In this document: piece by piece, positions 1 through 12,399 of the stretch | How the letters are laid out: each line of letters opens with the position of its first letter | How positions within the stretch are numbered: position 1 is the first letter of the stretch | Assembly (NCBI RefSeq): GCF_000143415.4 | Contig: NW_003314267.1 | Span: forward strand, 1-64,000 | DNA from: Selaginella moellendorffii | Taxonomy: Eukaryota; Plantae; Lycopodiophyta | Direction of reading: 5' to 3' | Length of the DNA stretch: 64,000 nucleotides | The notes under the pieces: model-generated | Told to the model about the DNA's origin: nothing | Databases searched by the model: none | The model's input: the letters and a program-made list of their open reading frames with translations, nothing else | Program-made: the position numbers and the translations under genes

Positions 1-528
1 CTGTTTTTGAGTGACATTTTGTGCACTCACAATCTTTTAGTTTTTTAATAAAATATATTATAGAAGTAATTATTAAACTCATTATTCAAATAAACCTTCT
101 ATAAGCATTTACATTTAGAATTGAATTTGGTGGTTCCCATATCCCAAGAGGGGTATTGCAATTTATCTCTAAAAGGCAAAGTTTTTTGGCAGTATTTCAC
201 TCAATGTTTAGGATTGATCTATCTTTTCTCCAAATCTAGGATTTTAACTATTAAGTTTATTCTTCCTTTTCAAATTTTCATTGCATTCTTTTCTTCTACC
301 ATGCCACACTGTTGTTGATTGATAAATGTTTTATCCAAAGCTATAGATAATGTGCTGTTATTATCACCTAATAACATTGTCCTTGTGGCTTTAAATCAAA
401 CTTTTGGTGTTATAAAATGTGATCTTATTAGTGCTACTCTATTTTTTATTGTGTTGTCTATCTCCAACTTTTGTAAGACATAATTCCATAAATTCTTCTA
501 TTCTTAGTTTTCTGCTATTTCCTATTGA

Positions 529-2450
529 TGTAGAGTGTGATTATAATATCAATTAGAGAGTTATAAATTATGTAGTTCAATTTGTGGAAAATGTTTAAGG
601 CTTGAGTTTTTATGGATCATTAAAACCTTAGAGGATAAATAAGGATAAAATAGGGCTCTCTTATAAAATAATTACCCTTTTTCAATTGGCTTAAAGAGAT
701 AGAAATAGAGTATATTACATGTGGTATTAGAGCAAATAACATGTGTTTGATTCCCATTTATTAGTGATTACTTAAAATATAATATATCTTTGAGTAAGAT
801 ATATTCTTTAAGTAAGGCATCCAAATATGATAAAATAACCTTTATAGTTCTTTTTCCATGAAATAGTATAGGTTTGTACTCTTTTTGAACGGATGATCTC
901 CGATAAAGATTTAAGATTTACGGGGAAGTTTTGGGGCATATTATTCTAATTATTTAGTACCAAAAGTTAAATTCATGGATGAAGGTATCCAAATAGATAA
1001 AATAACCTTCATAGCTCTTTTTCCATGAAATAGTATAGGTTTGTAGTCTTTTCGAAGAAATAATCCCAGATAAAGATTTGAGATTTAGAGAGGAGTTTTA
1101 GGTTATATTGAACTAATGGGTAAATTAAATATGTGAATGCTCAAGTTGAAGATTATCTATAGTACTATATCACAGTGGACTAATAGGACTGGGTTTAGCA
1201 TTTAATCTTATAACAATGCATTTCATAGTGTTATTGGTTGATTCATTTAGTATCTTTAGTTGGTTTAAGAGGAGAGAGATAGACACTTTTGATGAGGAAT
1301 TTGATTATTTTAATGATAGCTTTAGAGATGAGTTAGAGATTTCATAAGGTATGTATTAATTATTCAATTTGCCATTTAATATTTCTTTTTTACTTTATGC
1401 TCTTTTTAAAGTTTTTTTGTCAAAGCCACCTTCTCATATTCCTCTTCATATGCAATATTTCCTTCTCCTAGCACATTAATTATTTATAATCTTTATATGA
1501 TTATCATTCTAAATCTAGTATTGAGTTGAATGTTTTTTATCTTTGTCATACTAATTTAGATATTAAGTATATGCATGAAGACAAGAATCTTGTTTTATTT
1601 CATTATATTTGAATATTCCCCTATTCTAAGGGTTAGGTCATTTTTACTAGAGTTTTGGGTTGAGTGCATATCCTTGATTATGAATGTTATTGAGAGCATT
1701 TGTTTTACTATTGATGCTAAGGAATTTATGTATTCCCTTAAGAGTATAGACTGTTTTATAATATAATGATGGACTAAGAACAAATGATATGAATTGTGAA
1801 GTGAGTACAGACATAACAAGTCTAAATATAACATCTAGCCCCACGTAATGAATATGAATAAATACGATAGTAAAGTGAGGCCAAATATATATATGTGAAG
1901 TGAGGGTGAGTCTATTAAATCTAAATAGAGCCAGTGCTTTAGAACTTTTTTTTTCCTTTAAAAAAAGAATAAAGAGGATGTAAAAAGCAAATGAAATAAC
2001 CAAAGAAAAGAAGTAGAAATTGTTCCAAGTTAACAATGATCTTGAAAGATGGCTAATAAACAGACTTAAAGACATGATTTATTATTTATTGCAATAGTGT
2101 TTTATGAACTCTTAAAGTCCTTTGTTTCCTTTTAAAGTTATGGTTTTAAGGTTGGTTTGAGCATTTGGCAATTGCACAAAGAGTTGTAATTGATACATTG
2201 GGATTTTATAGTCAATTAATATTTGTGCTATAGCTTTGGGTTTTGTTGTAATATGGTTGTCAGCAATTATATTAGTGGTTTCATGGGAGCTTCATGTTCA
2301 TGTGACATTCAATAAATGTTTAATAGAAGCTTGAAATATTCCACCTAACTTATTGTTATTACCTTTTTATTTTCTAGAAGGGAGGATGGTGTAAAGTTTG
2401 TAAATACATATATATAAAAGTTAATAAAACTTTCTATATTTAATTATAAT
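529..2450 (+). mobile_element. Decayed, internally deleted LTR retrotransposon remnant
   Basis: Putative LTR TGTAGAGTGTG...TTACA at 529-719. It is followed by TGGTATTAGAGC at 722-733, one mismatch from the tRNA-Met PBS TGGTATCAGAGC. A purine tract AGAAGGGAGGATGG (2376-2389) precedes a similar start TGTAAAGTTTG at 2390. No intact ORF. Confidence 0.5.
813..1115. repeat. Imperfect tandem duplication, period 167 bp
   Basis: CCATGAAATAGTATAGGTTTGTA occurs at 856 and 1023, with matching flanks (ATCCAAATA..ATAAAATAACC; GATAAAGATTT.AGATTTA). Confidence 0.85.
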
Positions 2451-3199
2451 TCTTATGATTCTAAATTTAATTTCCATTTTCCTAGAGAAATGATGGTCAA
2501 AAAGCTAAAAACAATGCAAAGTTCTAACAATTCATTTTTTCACTACGGGTTTGTTTTTGTTCTTACAAGGACCAACATACAAGGAGATCATCATTGCTTG
2601 ATGCCACTACCTCAAGCATCAGAGTGAACTATAAGAGACTAAATTTTCCTTTCTATTTTAATTATTTAACCACACTTTTGACCACTTAGAGGAGTTTTAC
2701 TTATGACTTTTAGAAGTTTTTTTCCCGACTTAGGGACATGCTAGTCCTATGAATGGCATTTATGCCATTCAGCCTTTGCACTTGGTTTAAGTGCTCTATA
2801 TATCTAATCCCACATAAACACCCCGTAGGTACAACCTATTACACTTAGCTCATGTGTTTATTCATGTTTGTCACATCAATAGTCCACGACTACCTATATC
2901 TCAATCCCATCTCCTAAAGACTGGTCTATTCATCCATATCCCCTGACCACACCTTAGCACCTTTAAGATGCTCAGAAATATAAAGAATACCATTCCCCAA
3001 TCTCCCTCCATTGGTCCCCACTAAATCCCACTCTATCCACAATAGTGTTTGCCAACACCATTACTGAGGTTAGAGCTTAAAGGCCTAACCATTAAGTTCC
3101 ATTGACTTTTGGGACTTTCTCACCACATGATCATGCTCTTGGTCATTATGCAAAAGGACTATTTCTCTTCCTTTCCACAGTTTAGGACTTTGGGATGAT

Positions 3200-3490
3200 A
3201 TTTCGAAACATTATAGCCTTATGTAAACTTTATAAATACTCTCCCCACCTTCCACCTTTAAGTGAATTTAGACTTCCTGGGAAGTCACCCAACCTTCCAC
3301 CTTTAGGTGAATTTAGACTTCTCGGGAGGTCCCCCAGCCCAATACTATTCAAACCAAGAACACTTAACCCTAAATATCCCAAAACCCTTAACTGATTGGA
3401 AAAGGGGGTGCACTCTTATTCATAGGCCCTTTCCCTCTATATTTGAACCCCATGGACCATCTCTCGAGTCGTTCTCTTTAGTTGCTTACA
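3200..3490 (-). mobile_element. LTR-like fragment, same family as 11790-12040
   Basis: The reverse complement reads TGTAAGCAACTAAAGAGAACGACTCGAGAG...GGTTCAAATATAGAGGG...CCCCCTTTTCCAATCAGTTAAGGG and aligns with about 11790-11940. It contains a 45-bp-period direct repeat (CCTTCCACCTTTA.GTGAATTTAGACTTC). Confidence 0.6.
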
Positions 3491-3819
3491 CCCTAGTTAT
3501 GTGGCTAGAGCGAGGTTGCAATGAGCCATACCAAGTATTTAAGTAGGTAGTGCCACTCACACTTGGATTAGAAGCATTGACCATTCGATCTAGAGTTGGC
3601 TCTTGAACACTTCACCAAGTTATCCCACTTTGTTTGTCCATGTTCACTTTAGCCTTGAACACCTCAGTGGTTATATTATCACCCACTATATGGGTATAAC
3701 CTTCTTTGGTCACACTATCCTTTCCTAGCCATATTAATTCCACTAGAGTCCTCCTTTACTATCCTTTTGAAGCTCATCAAACCTCCCAGGGTCTAAGAGA
3801 TAATTGTTTTAGGCTTTCA

Positions 3820-4092
3820 CCCTTGGACTTGCATTGGGACTTAGACTTGGACTCAAACTCGGACTCAGTCTTGGACTTGGTCTCGGTCTTAGTCTTGGTT
3901 TCGGTTTTGGCTTCGATTTCAGCTCGCTCTCAGTTTTCATCTTGAACTTGACCTTGGCTCCATCTTAGATTCCATCTTAGACTCTTTCTCAGACTCCATT
4001 TCAGATCCATCTCGGACTCTAATTCAGACTTTATCTCGGACTCCTTCTCGTATACCATCTCGCATCCATCTCAGATCCATCTCGGACTCAAT
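3820..4092. repeat. Degenerate 6/12-bp minisatellite
   Basis: Runs of GACTTG/GTCTTG/GACTCA units followed by (GACTCCATCTCA/GATCCATCTCG)-type 12-mers. Confidence 0.75.
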
Positions 4093-4379
4093 CCTGACAC
4101 TTCCATATATCATGTGTTGGTCCTTTTATGTCCTTTTTGTAGAGGTTTACTTATTGATTGCTTTGTGCTTGCACTTTGTTGGGAGTTTCATTCTTACTCT
4201 TAACTTTTTAAGTAAGAGTTTTTAATCTAAATGTGTTATACTCATTTAGCTTCCGATAAAGGAGAGGTTGGACTATGCTCAATGCCAATGGCTGCATCAT
4301 TGCGAATAGGGCCTCATGGAGAAGCTTATAGGTGAAAGTTTTCAGCTGCTTGAGTATTCTTTTGCTTTTCATAGATTGA

Positions 4380-5900
4380 GTGTGACCTGGGACAGAGAGA
4401 AGAGATAATCATTTGTTGCACGAGAGTAATATGAAAGTGGTGATGAAATTGTTATGCAGGGAGTATGTTCGGGAGGAAGATATTGCACAAGGAGCTGAGG
4501 AATGAATGCTCAAAGAGTAAGTTTTGAATTCTTCTGGGCTTATAGCACTGGCTAAGCTGCTATACCTCCATAGTACAGGGCTCTAGCATGGGGAAGACAC
4601 ATGGGGTAATGTGTGAATGCCAAACAAACAGCGAGTTGGAGATGGTGCTATACTTCAAAGCATGGCTTTTTGTCCTTCATGAGAAGGTGAAGGGTGAGAA
4701 GATGAGCTCAGTGCAGTAGATGGATTCACAGATGGATTTGTCCAGTATTGCAGAGGCCGTGCACAAGAAATGGCTTGAAATGATCAACAGCAGAGCTGTA
4801 GACGATATTAGTGACTCACCGGATGTTAGGAACAAGAATCTACTCTAAAAAGAGTTTGAAAACTTGAAGCATGTACTGCCGGAAGAGGGGAAGGTGCAGG
4901 TGCTTTTTGTTTTTGATGAGGATCGCAGTCTTTGAAAAAGGTAAACATGCTTACAAAAGTTTTTATTGTAACTAATCGGGTGTCCTGTATAGCCGAGCGG
5001 CAAAGCTGCAGGAAAGTCCACATTCACAGATGCGCAATCACTTAAATCGTCCGAGGCTCCAACTGGTTAGCCAAGGACGAGTTTGGAGACTTTCAAACTG
5101 CTCAAGGGAGTCCTCCGTCTATATATGCTGTCATCTAATGCTCTGTGATAGAGTGGAGCTCATTTCATCACAGGCATTTGTGAGACACTATGAAAACTAC
5201 GGTTACTGTTGTAAATAATACTGCCTGGTCTGCCAGTGCTTGTTTCCCTGAATTGCCTGTATTCCCGCAAGTAAGGAATGTGAGTTTACTACTTCAGAGT
5301 GCTGACGCTGTTGCTACTGACTCTGGTTGGTTCTCACTCTTTTAATTATCTTCTTTTCCTCCATGTGAAGTGAGTTGAGATGACAGTTGCATTCACACTC
5401 TTGCAGGGCCGATTGGAAAGACCAAGAACAAGGGTGTAAGCAATTTGTTTTGATGTTCCAGTTTTCTTTGCTGGGGCGCTTTCCAGTGCATAACACTGTT
5501 AGTTTTTAACGCTAGTTGAGACATGACACCAAGCTTCGTCTACTTGTGCCAGAATGACTAACAACCAAATGTAAACCTGTGGTGCAGATCAATCCATGAA
5601 TAAGGGGGTATTGATGGTCGAGTCAGTTGTTCCTGCAAGAGAATTCATCCTTGGGTCCACATCCACAAAGACAAGTGGAGATTGGGGAGTAGTTTGCAGG
5701 CTCGACAAGGACTAGTCGAAGAAAGCTAATATCCTGGATTTGCGGCTTTTAAGGCCTATTTATCAGGTGGTGAATATGGACCTTACAGAAGGATGAACCC
5801 AATATACTGCAAGAACTCTATTCCCACCATGATGTGAGATTTCTCCAAGTTTACAAATGATCTAGGACGGAAGCGCCCAAAAGCTGCCTGATGTGTTGAT
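4380..5900 (+). pseudogene. Degenerate spliced gene or TE-derived relic, family unidentified
   Basis: Higher GC than the flanks, with several short GT..AG intron-like segments (e.g. 4941-4991). Protein-like reading frames are broken by stops. No recognisable motif. Confidence 0.3.
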
Positions 5901-6523
5901 TGGCATTAACACCCAACCGGTCAACACGTTTATAATCAGTCAACAAAATTCCTTAAGGAATTATATGCTAAGTGGAATATAATATTTATTGTTTTGATAC
6001 TATTCCAATAATGTAAAAAACTATAACAATCAAAACAGTGTTGGGTAGAATATGCTGGCAATAGCACTTAAAAAACTTATATGCTCACTAGACCATCAAA
6101 TTTAATCCTTAGAAAAATAATATTCTGTGAATCTTCTCAAACTCCCCCCAAAAATAGAAATTTAGTGATGATTACAATTATCTGTTGACTTTGATCAACT
6201 ATATAACTATATTTTAAATGTTTTATTCTGTTATTATCTAAAACTCAATACTAAATTCTTTGAATTAATAATAATACTTAACTGAATTAAAGTGAGACTA
6301 AAATTAAAACTGAAATGAAGAAAGTGATATCAATTCTAATATTCAAATGGATTCTATTGTTAACATTAATATTTAAACATAAATTTTATGCTCGGTATTT
6401 TATGTAAGGAACTTTGATGTCAAAACATGTATTAAGTAGTTTGAAGATTGAAGAAGGCAAATAAATGGGTTAGAAATTAAACTGTTTGTTTAATAATTTA
6501 CTTTTTAATTAAATCATCCATGG

Positions 6524-8773
6524 TCATCTTCCACTATTAAAGTACAGTTCTACCATGGAAATGTTAGACAAGATATACACCCCACAGTCATGGGAATCTA
6601 TTTCCACTTCAAAGCCATCCTTTTGCCTCTGAGTCCAATCTTCATGCTATAACCCACACAGAGCAAAGATATATTATATCAATTGTAAGAATTGTGTAAC
6701 ATATTACATACCTTCCACAAATCTCTTACACTTGCTGTCACACTCGGTTCCAATCCAATATCGTACCAATTGATTGTGATTAATGCTCGCTTCCACCCTC
6801 TATTCCATGCTGCCATGACAATTCGATCCCCTGATAGAGGACCAGCCCACACCTGCGTGGTCACACAAAGCTTTGTCAGTGTCAAACAAGAAGTAATTAC
6901 CTCAGACTGTCCTATTCGGCTCACTTTGCGTCCCTGTATTCCTAGTGAATCTACATTCCAAAAGAAAAAGACTGAGAAAGCAATGGCTCCAATCTTCAAG
7001 AACTTACCTTGATTTACTGCTATTATCTCAGTGTTCTTATAAATTTCAAGGTGTTCTTTTGTGATTGTTCTCAACTCACAGCCGATGATGAGAGGTGCCT
7101 GAGGCAAGGCACTCTAGTCTCAGTTAATGAGAAACAAGCATGCAAACCTTCATGATAGACCAAATGCTGAAATGTGAGCGATACTCAGCCAAAGACATTC
7201 GACCATTCCCCACTTGGAGCATGTCAGGGTCTGAAAGAGAGATGCTTGAGAAATTTATGTAAAGCCAACCATTGATCTCACCGTTCCAGCCTCCGGGACC
7301 AGCATAAGATGCCCACAAATTGTTGTCATCCGCTAGCAACTCTATGCTGCAAGCGAAACTGGTCAGAAAAGGGAAAAAGAAGAAGATCCAGGAGAACTTT
7401 ACCGTGGCCATCTGTCTTTCACGTCAAGTGATGTCCGCCAGCTATTTGCATACTTCCCAGCCCACACGGCTGGATGATCTTCTCCCCTAAGCACAGAAAC
7501 ATGAGCTCTCATATCGCAAGAGATAGCAAGAAAACAAAAATTTAATTACCATTCACACATTGCATAGAAGATAGGACGCCCGCTTTTGTTGAGAGCCTCG
7601 CTCATCACAGGGTACCTACAAGAGTTTCGCGGTGGTGTTGCTCCATTCCTTAGATGAAAACGTTGTCTGCGTACCGAGCATGAGAAGGCCGATTTTTCTT
7701 GTGAAAGCAATTGTCGTACTTGAGATAGTCGATTCCCTGGACGAGAAGAAATAACTCAAGTGACACTGAAACGGAACAAAATCAGCATGTTTACTGTACC
7801 CACGAAGCAAAGGTTCGTGCATCTCGAAACTCGTGGCCCTCTGAAGCCGCTCGGTGGCATTTGCAAGTCATTCTCCTGGAAAATGTCTGCAGATGATAAG
7901 CTTCCACTAGTTACAAGTTTTCTAAACTCTCTGGACAACTTACCCAGCATCAGAATATAGTCCAAACTTCATCCCTCTCTCGTGAGCATAATCCGCGAGC
8001 GCTTTCATGCCAGAAGGAAATGTTTTCTTATCGGATCGCAAATTTCCCTGAGAAAGAATGCCTTGGCACAAAAGAAGAAAAGGTAAAAAGAAACGCTTAC
8101 CTCCTTGTCACGCTTATAAGCGGACCAACAATCATCTGCAAAGAAAACATTGATTTTCCGAGAAGCTGGAATCACATTCATACCAACAATCACGTAGTTG
8201 TATCCATAAGATGGAAGATCGAGCCGAACCAAAGCATCCACTGAAGCACCAAAGTTCTACTTGGAATGACTCGAAAGTTTCACGAGAGCTTACTGTTCCC
8301 GTAGACGATCTTCTCGTTAATAGTGCATTCGTAGAAGTTCCATCCGCTCCACCTATAAAAGAAAGCAAAAACGAAAAAAAGGTCGTTTTTGAGCTCTACC
8401 TTGAGAGAAAGAAAGAATGTAGCCACAAAAAAGAAAGAACTCACACTCACCCCATCAATGGCGTTTGTCCCAATCCATTGTCATACACCATTCTTCTTTC
8501 CAGCGGCACGGCCTTCCTGATATCCCACTTGGTGTGCGTTCGATCAAACAGCTGCGAGCAGCCCAGCCGGCCCCTGGCCTTCCACGCGAAGATCGCCACG
8601 GCAGCTACAATCCCTAGATTCCGCCAGAACAGGTACTCCATGGGCACGCGCTTAGAAATCCACTGGAGCCGCTTGGCGCCAATGACTCGCACCGCAATGC
8701 CGGAGGCAGCGCCAACGATCCAGCACCAGTAGGCGACCATGGATCGAACGAAAATGCTGGAGCGATTCCTCAT
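6524..8773 (-). CDS. Alpha-galactosidase, glycoside hydrolase family 27 (multi-exon)
   Basis: Spliced translation gives [54 protein letters not shown] (nucleophile), WRTSLD (acid/base), [26 protein letters not shown] and VRDLW. Stop TGA at 6524-6526. Start is uncertain (ATG at 8773, 8740 or 8641). Confidence 0.95.
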
Positions 8774-9018
8774 CGCGAGCCCAGCAAGAAAATCCCTCTC
8801 GCAAGAAAAATCTTTCTAGGGCTCATCCACACCAACGGTTTAAACGCTATCATCGCTACAAGGAATCGAACCATTAACTATAAAAAGGCTTAGATTGATC
8901 AAAGGATCATATAGCGATCGAGAGAGCATATTACAGTGGACAAGGAAAGAATCTTCTTCTTCCTACTAGTTAGAAAAGGAGAGGAAACGAGAAATTTTCC
9001 AGAGATTTCTTCCAGGCT

Positions 9019-9560
<542 letters not shown>

Positions 9561-9635
9561 GCCACGGTGGACAAATGTGTTATGCTTTTGATTAAAACGA
9601 TATGTTTATTAAGGCGTTTATTAAACTAAATGTGA

Positions 9636-10783
9636 TTAACAGCCATAGCGATGGGTTCTTCCCGAGTAAGCTTGTAGAGCATACGAAAGCGATGAATCGA
9701 TGTTTCTTCTCAGCTCTCCCATGTAACTGCGAATGGAGAAAAAAACTCTTTCAGGGAGATCTTGATGGAGCTTTGCGACTTACATGATTTCTGTGAGCTT
9801 GATCCTCCAGGGGGGAAAGCCTTGGACGGAGTTGATCTTGCCAAACACAAGCATGAGCTCTGGATCGGGTTTCCAGCGTCCTTGAAGAAACCAAACAAAA
9901 AAGAGGATTTTGATCGTCAAAAGCATGAAACGAAAGAGAAAAAAACTCTCTCTTTCTCACCGATTTGCTTGAGAGACTCGTTCAAGTCAGTCTCTGTGAG
10001 GCTGTTGATCCGCTCCAGCTGATCCTGCCGCGAGGAACCACGGAGGTCGTCATGGATCCTCCGCGCAGCCTCGGCAATCGCGTCTTTTCCATCGCTCATG
10101 GACAGAAGCTCCACCACCATTCTCGGTTCGCTCTTTGTTCTAATCGGATTTGATCTGGGGAAAGGGTCCACTCCGTTGGAAAAATGCTGGATCGATTACA
10201 ATGCCAACCAAGGTTTAGCAACGTAAAGTAGAAAACGGAAGAAGATACGTACGAAGTCATGCTTTAGTTGCCGTTTCCAGGTAGAAGACACGACTCTTTT
10301 CTCAAGATACGTGCCATATCTCTTCAAAATGCCTGCGTCTCTACACAAACGAGGAACTCATAAACTAAAAGTAGCAAGGAGCGACAAGCTCATCGAAAAA
10401 AATCACAACAAAAGAGATCAAACAAAAGAGAGCTAGGAAAGGAAAATCGAACCAAGGTTTAATAATCCATCCATCACAAAATCAATCGATCCAGGGAAAA
10501 AAAAGAGAGGAACCATACCTTCCATGTCGTAGAGCGCAACCTGGCGAATTCCCGCCGCCGCCAGAAAAACCAGCAGCTCCACGATCTCGTCCCGGCCCTT
10601 CCTCGCCGATTCCCCGTCCACGACAATGGCGACGACGCGGGGCTTCTTCGTCACCGATCTCCACGCGAATCGCACAGATCCGGTGGCGATGGCGATTCCA
10701 TCCAGGAATCGCTGGAGAATCGCGGCGCAGCTCGCGATCGCGTGGAGCAAATGCCACACGACCGCTGCCCACACGGCTCCCAT
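9636..10783 (-). CDS. NUS1: cis-prenyltransferase-like subunit NgBR/NUS1 (LEW1 homologue), 5 exons
   Basis: Spliced translation gives VWHLLHAI, VAIVVDGE, GIRQVALYDMEG, ELLSMSDGKDAIAEAA and PDPELMLVFG..GFPPWRIKLTEI. It ends in THRYGC*, with the NgBR RxG motif. A further 5' exon cannot be excluded. Confidence 0.9.
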
Positions 10784-10989
10784 GCCCAACCTAGCCCACG
10801 AGAATATGCTCGCTTCAGTCCAACAAGGTCAAAAACCCTAAGATAGAACGAATATTCTTGTTCTCTTAAGCAGTAGGTTCTCAATGAGTTTCTTCAATGT
10901 TGTGCTTTCTCTCAAGGTTCTTTGGTTGGGTTTTGGTTCTTCTTTATATTTATATATTCATTCATTCATATACTACTTCCACTGTGGTG

Positions 10990-11590
10990 TGGCACCATGA
11001 AGCATAAGACCAAAAGATTTAGAAATGTTATTTTGAAAAAGATAGTCATTGCAATGCTTGCACTGATATCCATGTATTCCCACTCTTGATCTTTGATGCC
11101 TCTGCTCCATACAGGCTTTGACCTCTATACTCCATACTCTATAACTGACTCAATGTGGTTGTTCTTGGTCTTGTTATGGAAATTTTTGCACACTCTCTTT
11201 GTTCCATACTCCTTTTCCTTTCTCCCTGGCACCATTCTTGAAATTGACATAGGATTCAGCTCCAATTTCGTCTTGACTATATTGACGTGGCTAAAATCTT
11301 GCCTAGTGCTGAACATGATGTTTTCATTATCTTGGTTCACAAGGTGTGTGACTTTTGTCTTGCCTTGGCTCTTGACTTGATTCCTGACTTCTTCCTTCAT
11401 CTGAGAGGGAGGCCTTGGGCTCACAACACATCATGGAATATTGCTGATATCCCAGCTTTTCTCCTGGCACCTTGCTCCACCAGCCAGGTTCCATCTAAAC
11501 TTCTTTCTATAGCAAACTTAAAATTTGGAATGGACCATTTCAAGGCCAAAGCTTGTGAACATGTAGCTCAATGTTTTGTTAAAAAAATCA
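10990..11590 (+). mobile_element. Possible non-LTR (LINE) remnant
   Basis: A stop-interrupted frame contains EGGLGL (about 11405-11422), the motif typically found downstream of plant LINE RT. No other support. Confidence 0.35.
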
Positions 11591-11789
11591 CAATATAGAC
11601 CACTATTAATTATCATATACAATCAATCTACTTTGTAAAACACTCAAAAGGAAACAAGTAGTGATAAACATTTTTATAATCATTGCCCTTTTTTAGTATG
11701 GAACTTATTTCTTATAGATTTGGATTGTTTTGCATTGCTGTGAACCAACAGTGGGTCCCTAGGAAAAGAAGGCTATATTAAATGTATGT

Positions 11790-12040
11790 TGTATAAGAAA
11801 CTAAAGAGAATGACTCGAGAGACTATTTATAAAGGTTCAAATATAAAGAGAAAAAGTTTATGAGCAAAGAGTATCCCTTTTTTTCAATTGGTTAAAGGTT
11901 TTAGAATACTTGGGGTTAAACATCTTTGGGTTTGTAACATTTTATGAAGTTTAAATTCAAAAGATACACCAATGTATTTCTTGGGAAATTTAAATTCAAA
12001 AGCTTACACATTAGTGTAAGAGATTGAATTTGGGTAACAA
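11790..12040 (+). mobile_element. LTR-like fragment, same family as 3200-3490
   Basis: TATAAGAAACTAAAGAGAATGACTCGAGAG...GGTTCAAATATAAAGAG...CCCTTTTTTCAATTGGTTAAAGG aligns with the reverse complement of about 3345-3490. A related core is present at 655-700. Confidence 0.6.
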
Positions 12041-12399
12041 TAATAATGACTATGGTGAAAGTAATATTTTATATGATATATGGTGCTATAGAGGTGTTGT
12101 GGAGGTAGTTATGGTTAAGAAATGTAAAGGATCCACTTCTACATGATTGAAGCAAAATGTAAAGTTGGGTAAGAGGAATTATTAGCTAGCTTAAAAGCAT
12201 CTATATTAATTGACCATTAATTGAGGACATTAGGAGGGGATGGTAAGATGCTTATATAATATAATAAGCTTAATTTATACAAAGGGCGATTTTAATTCTT
12301 ATTAATTTTATAAATTATTTTATTTCATAAAATACATAATTAATTAGTTTTATTTTAAATACTGTGAGTGCATGGAATATGGAAATAGGATAAAAATTA

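Noticed and set aside
3820-4092. Short repeats as a CRISPR-like array
   Set aside because: These are contiguous degenerate units without unique spacers, in a eukaryotic context.
10808-10823. Minus strand TTGGACTGAAGCGAGC matches 15 of the first 16 nt of miR319
   Set aside because: The 3' end diverges and I could not find a complementary star arm nearby. It lies just upstream of the NUS1 start, so it is probably coincidental.
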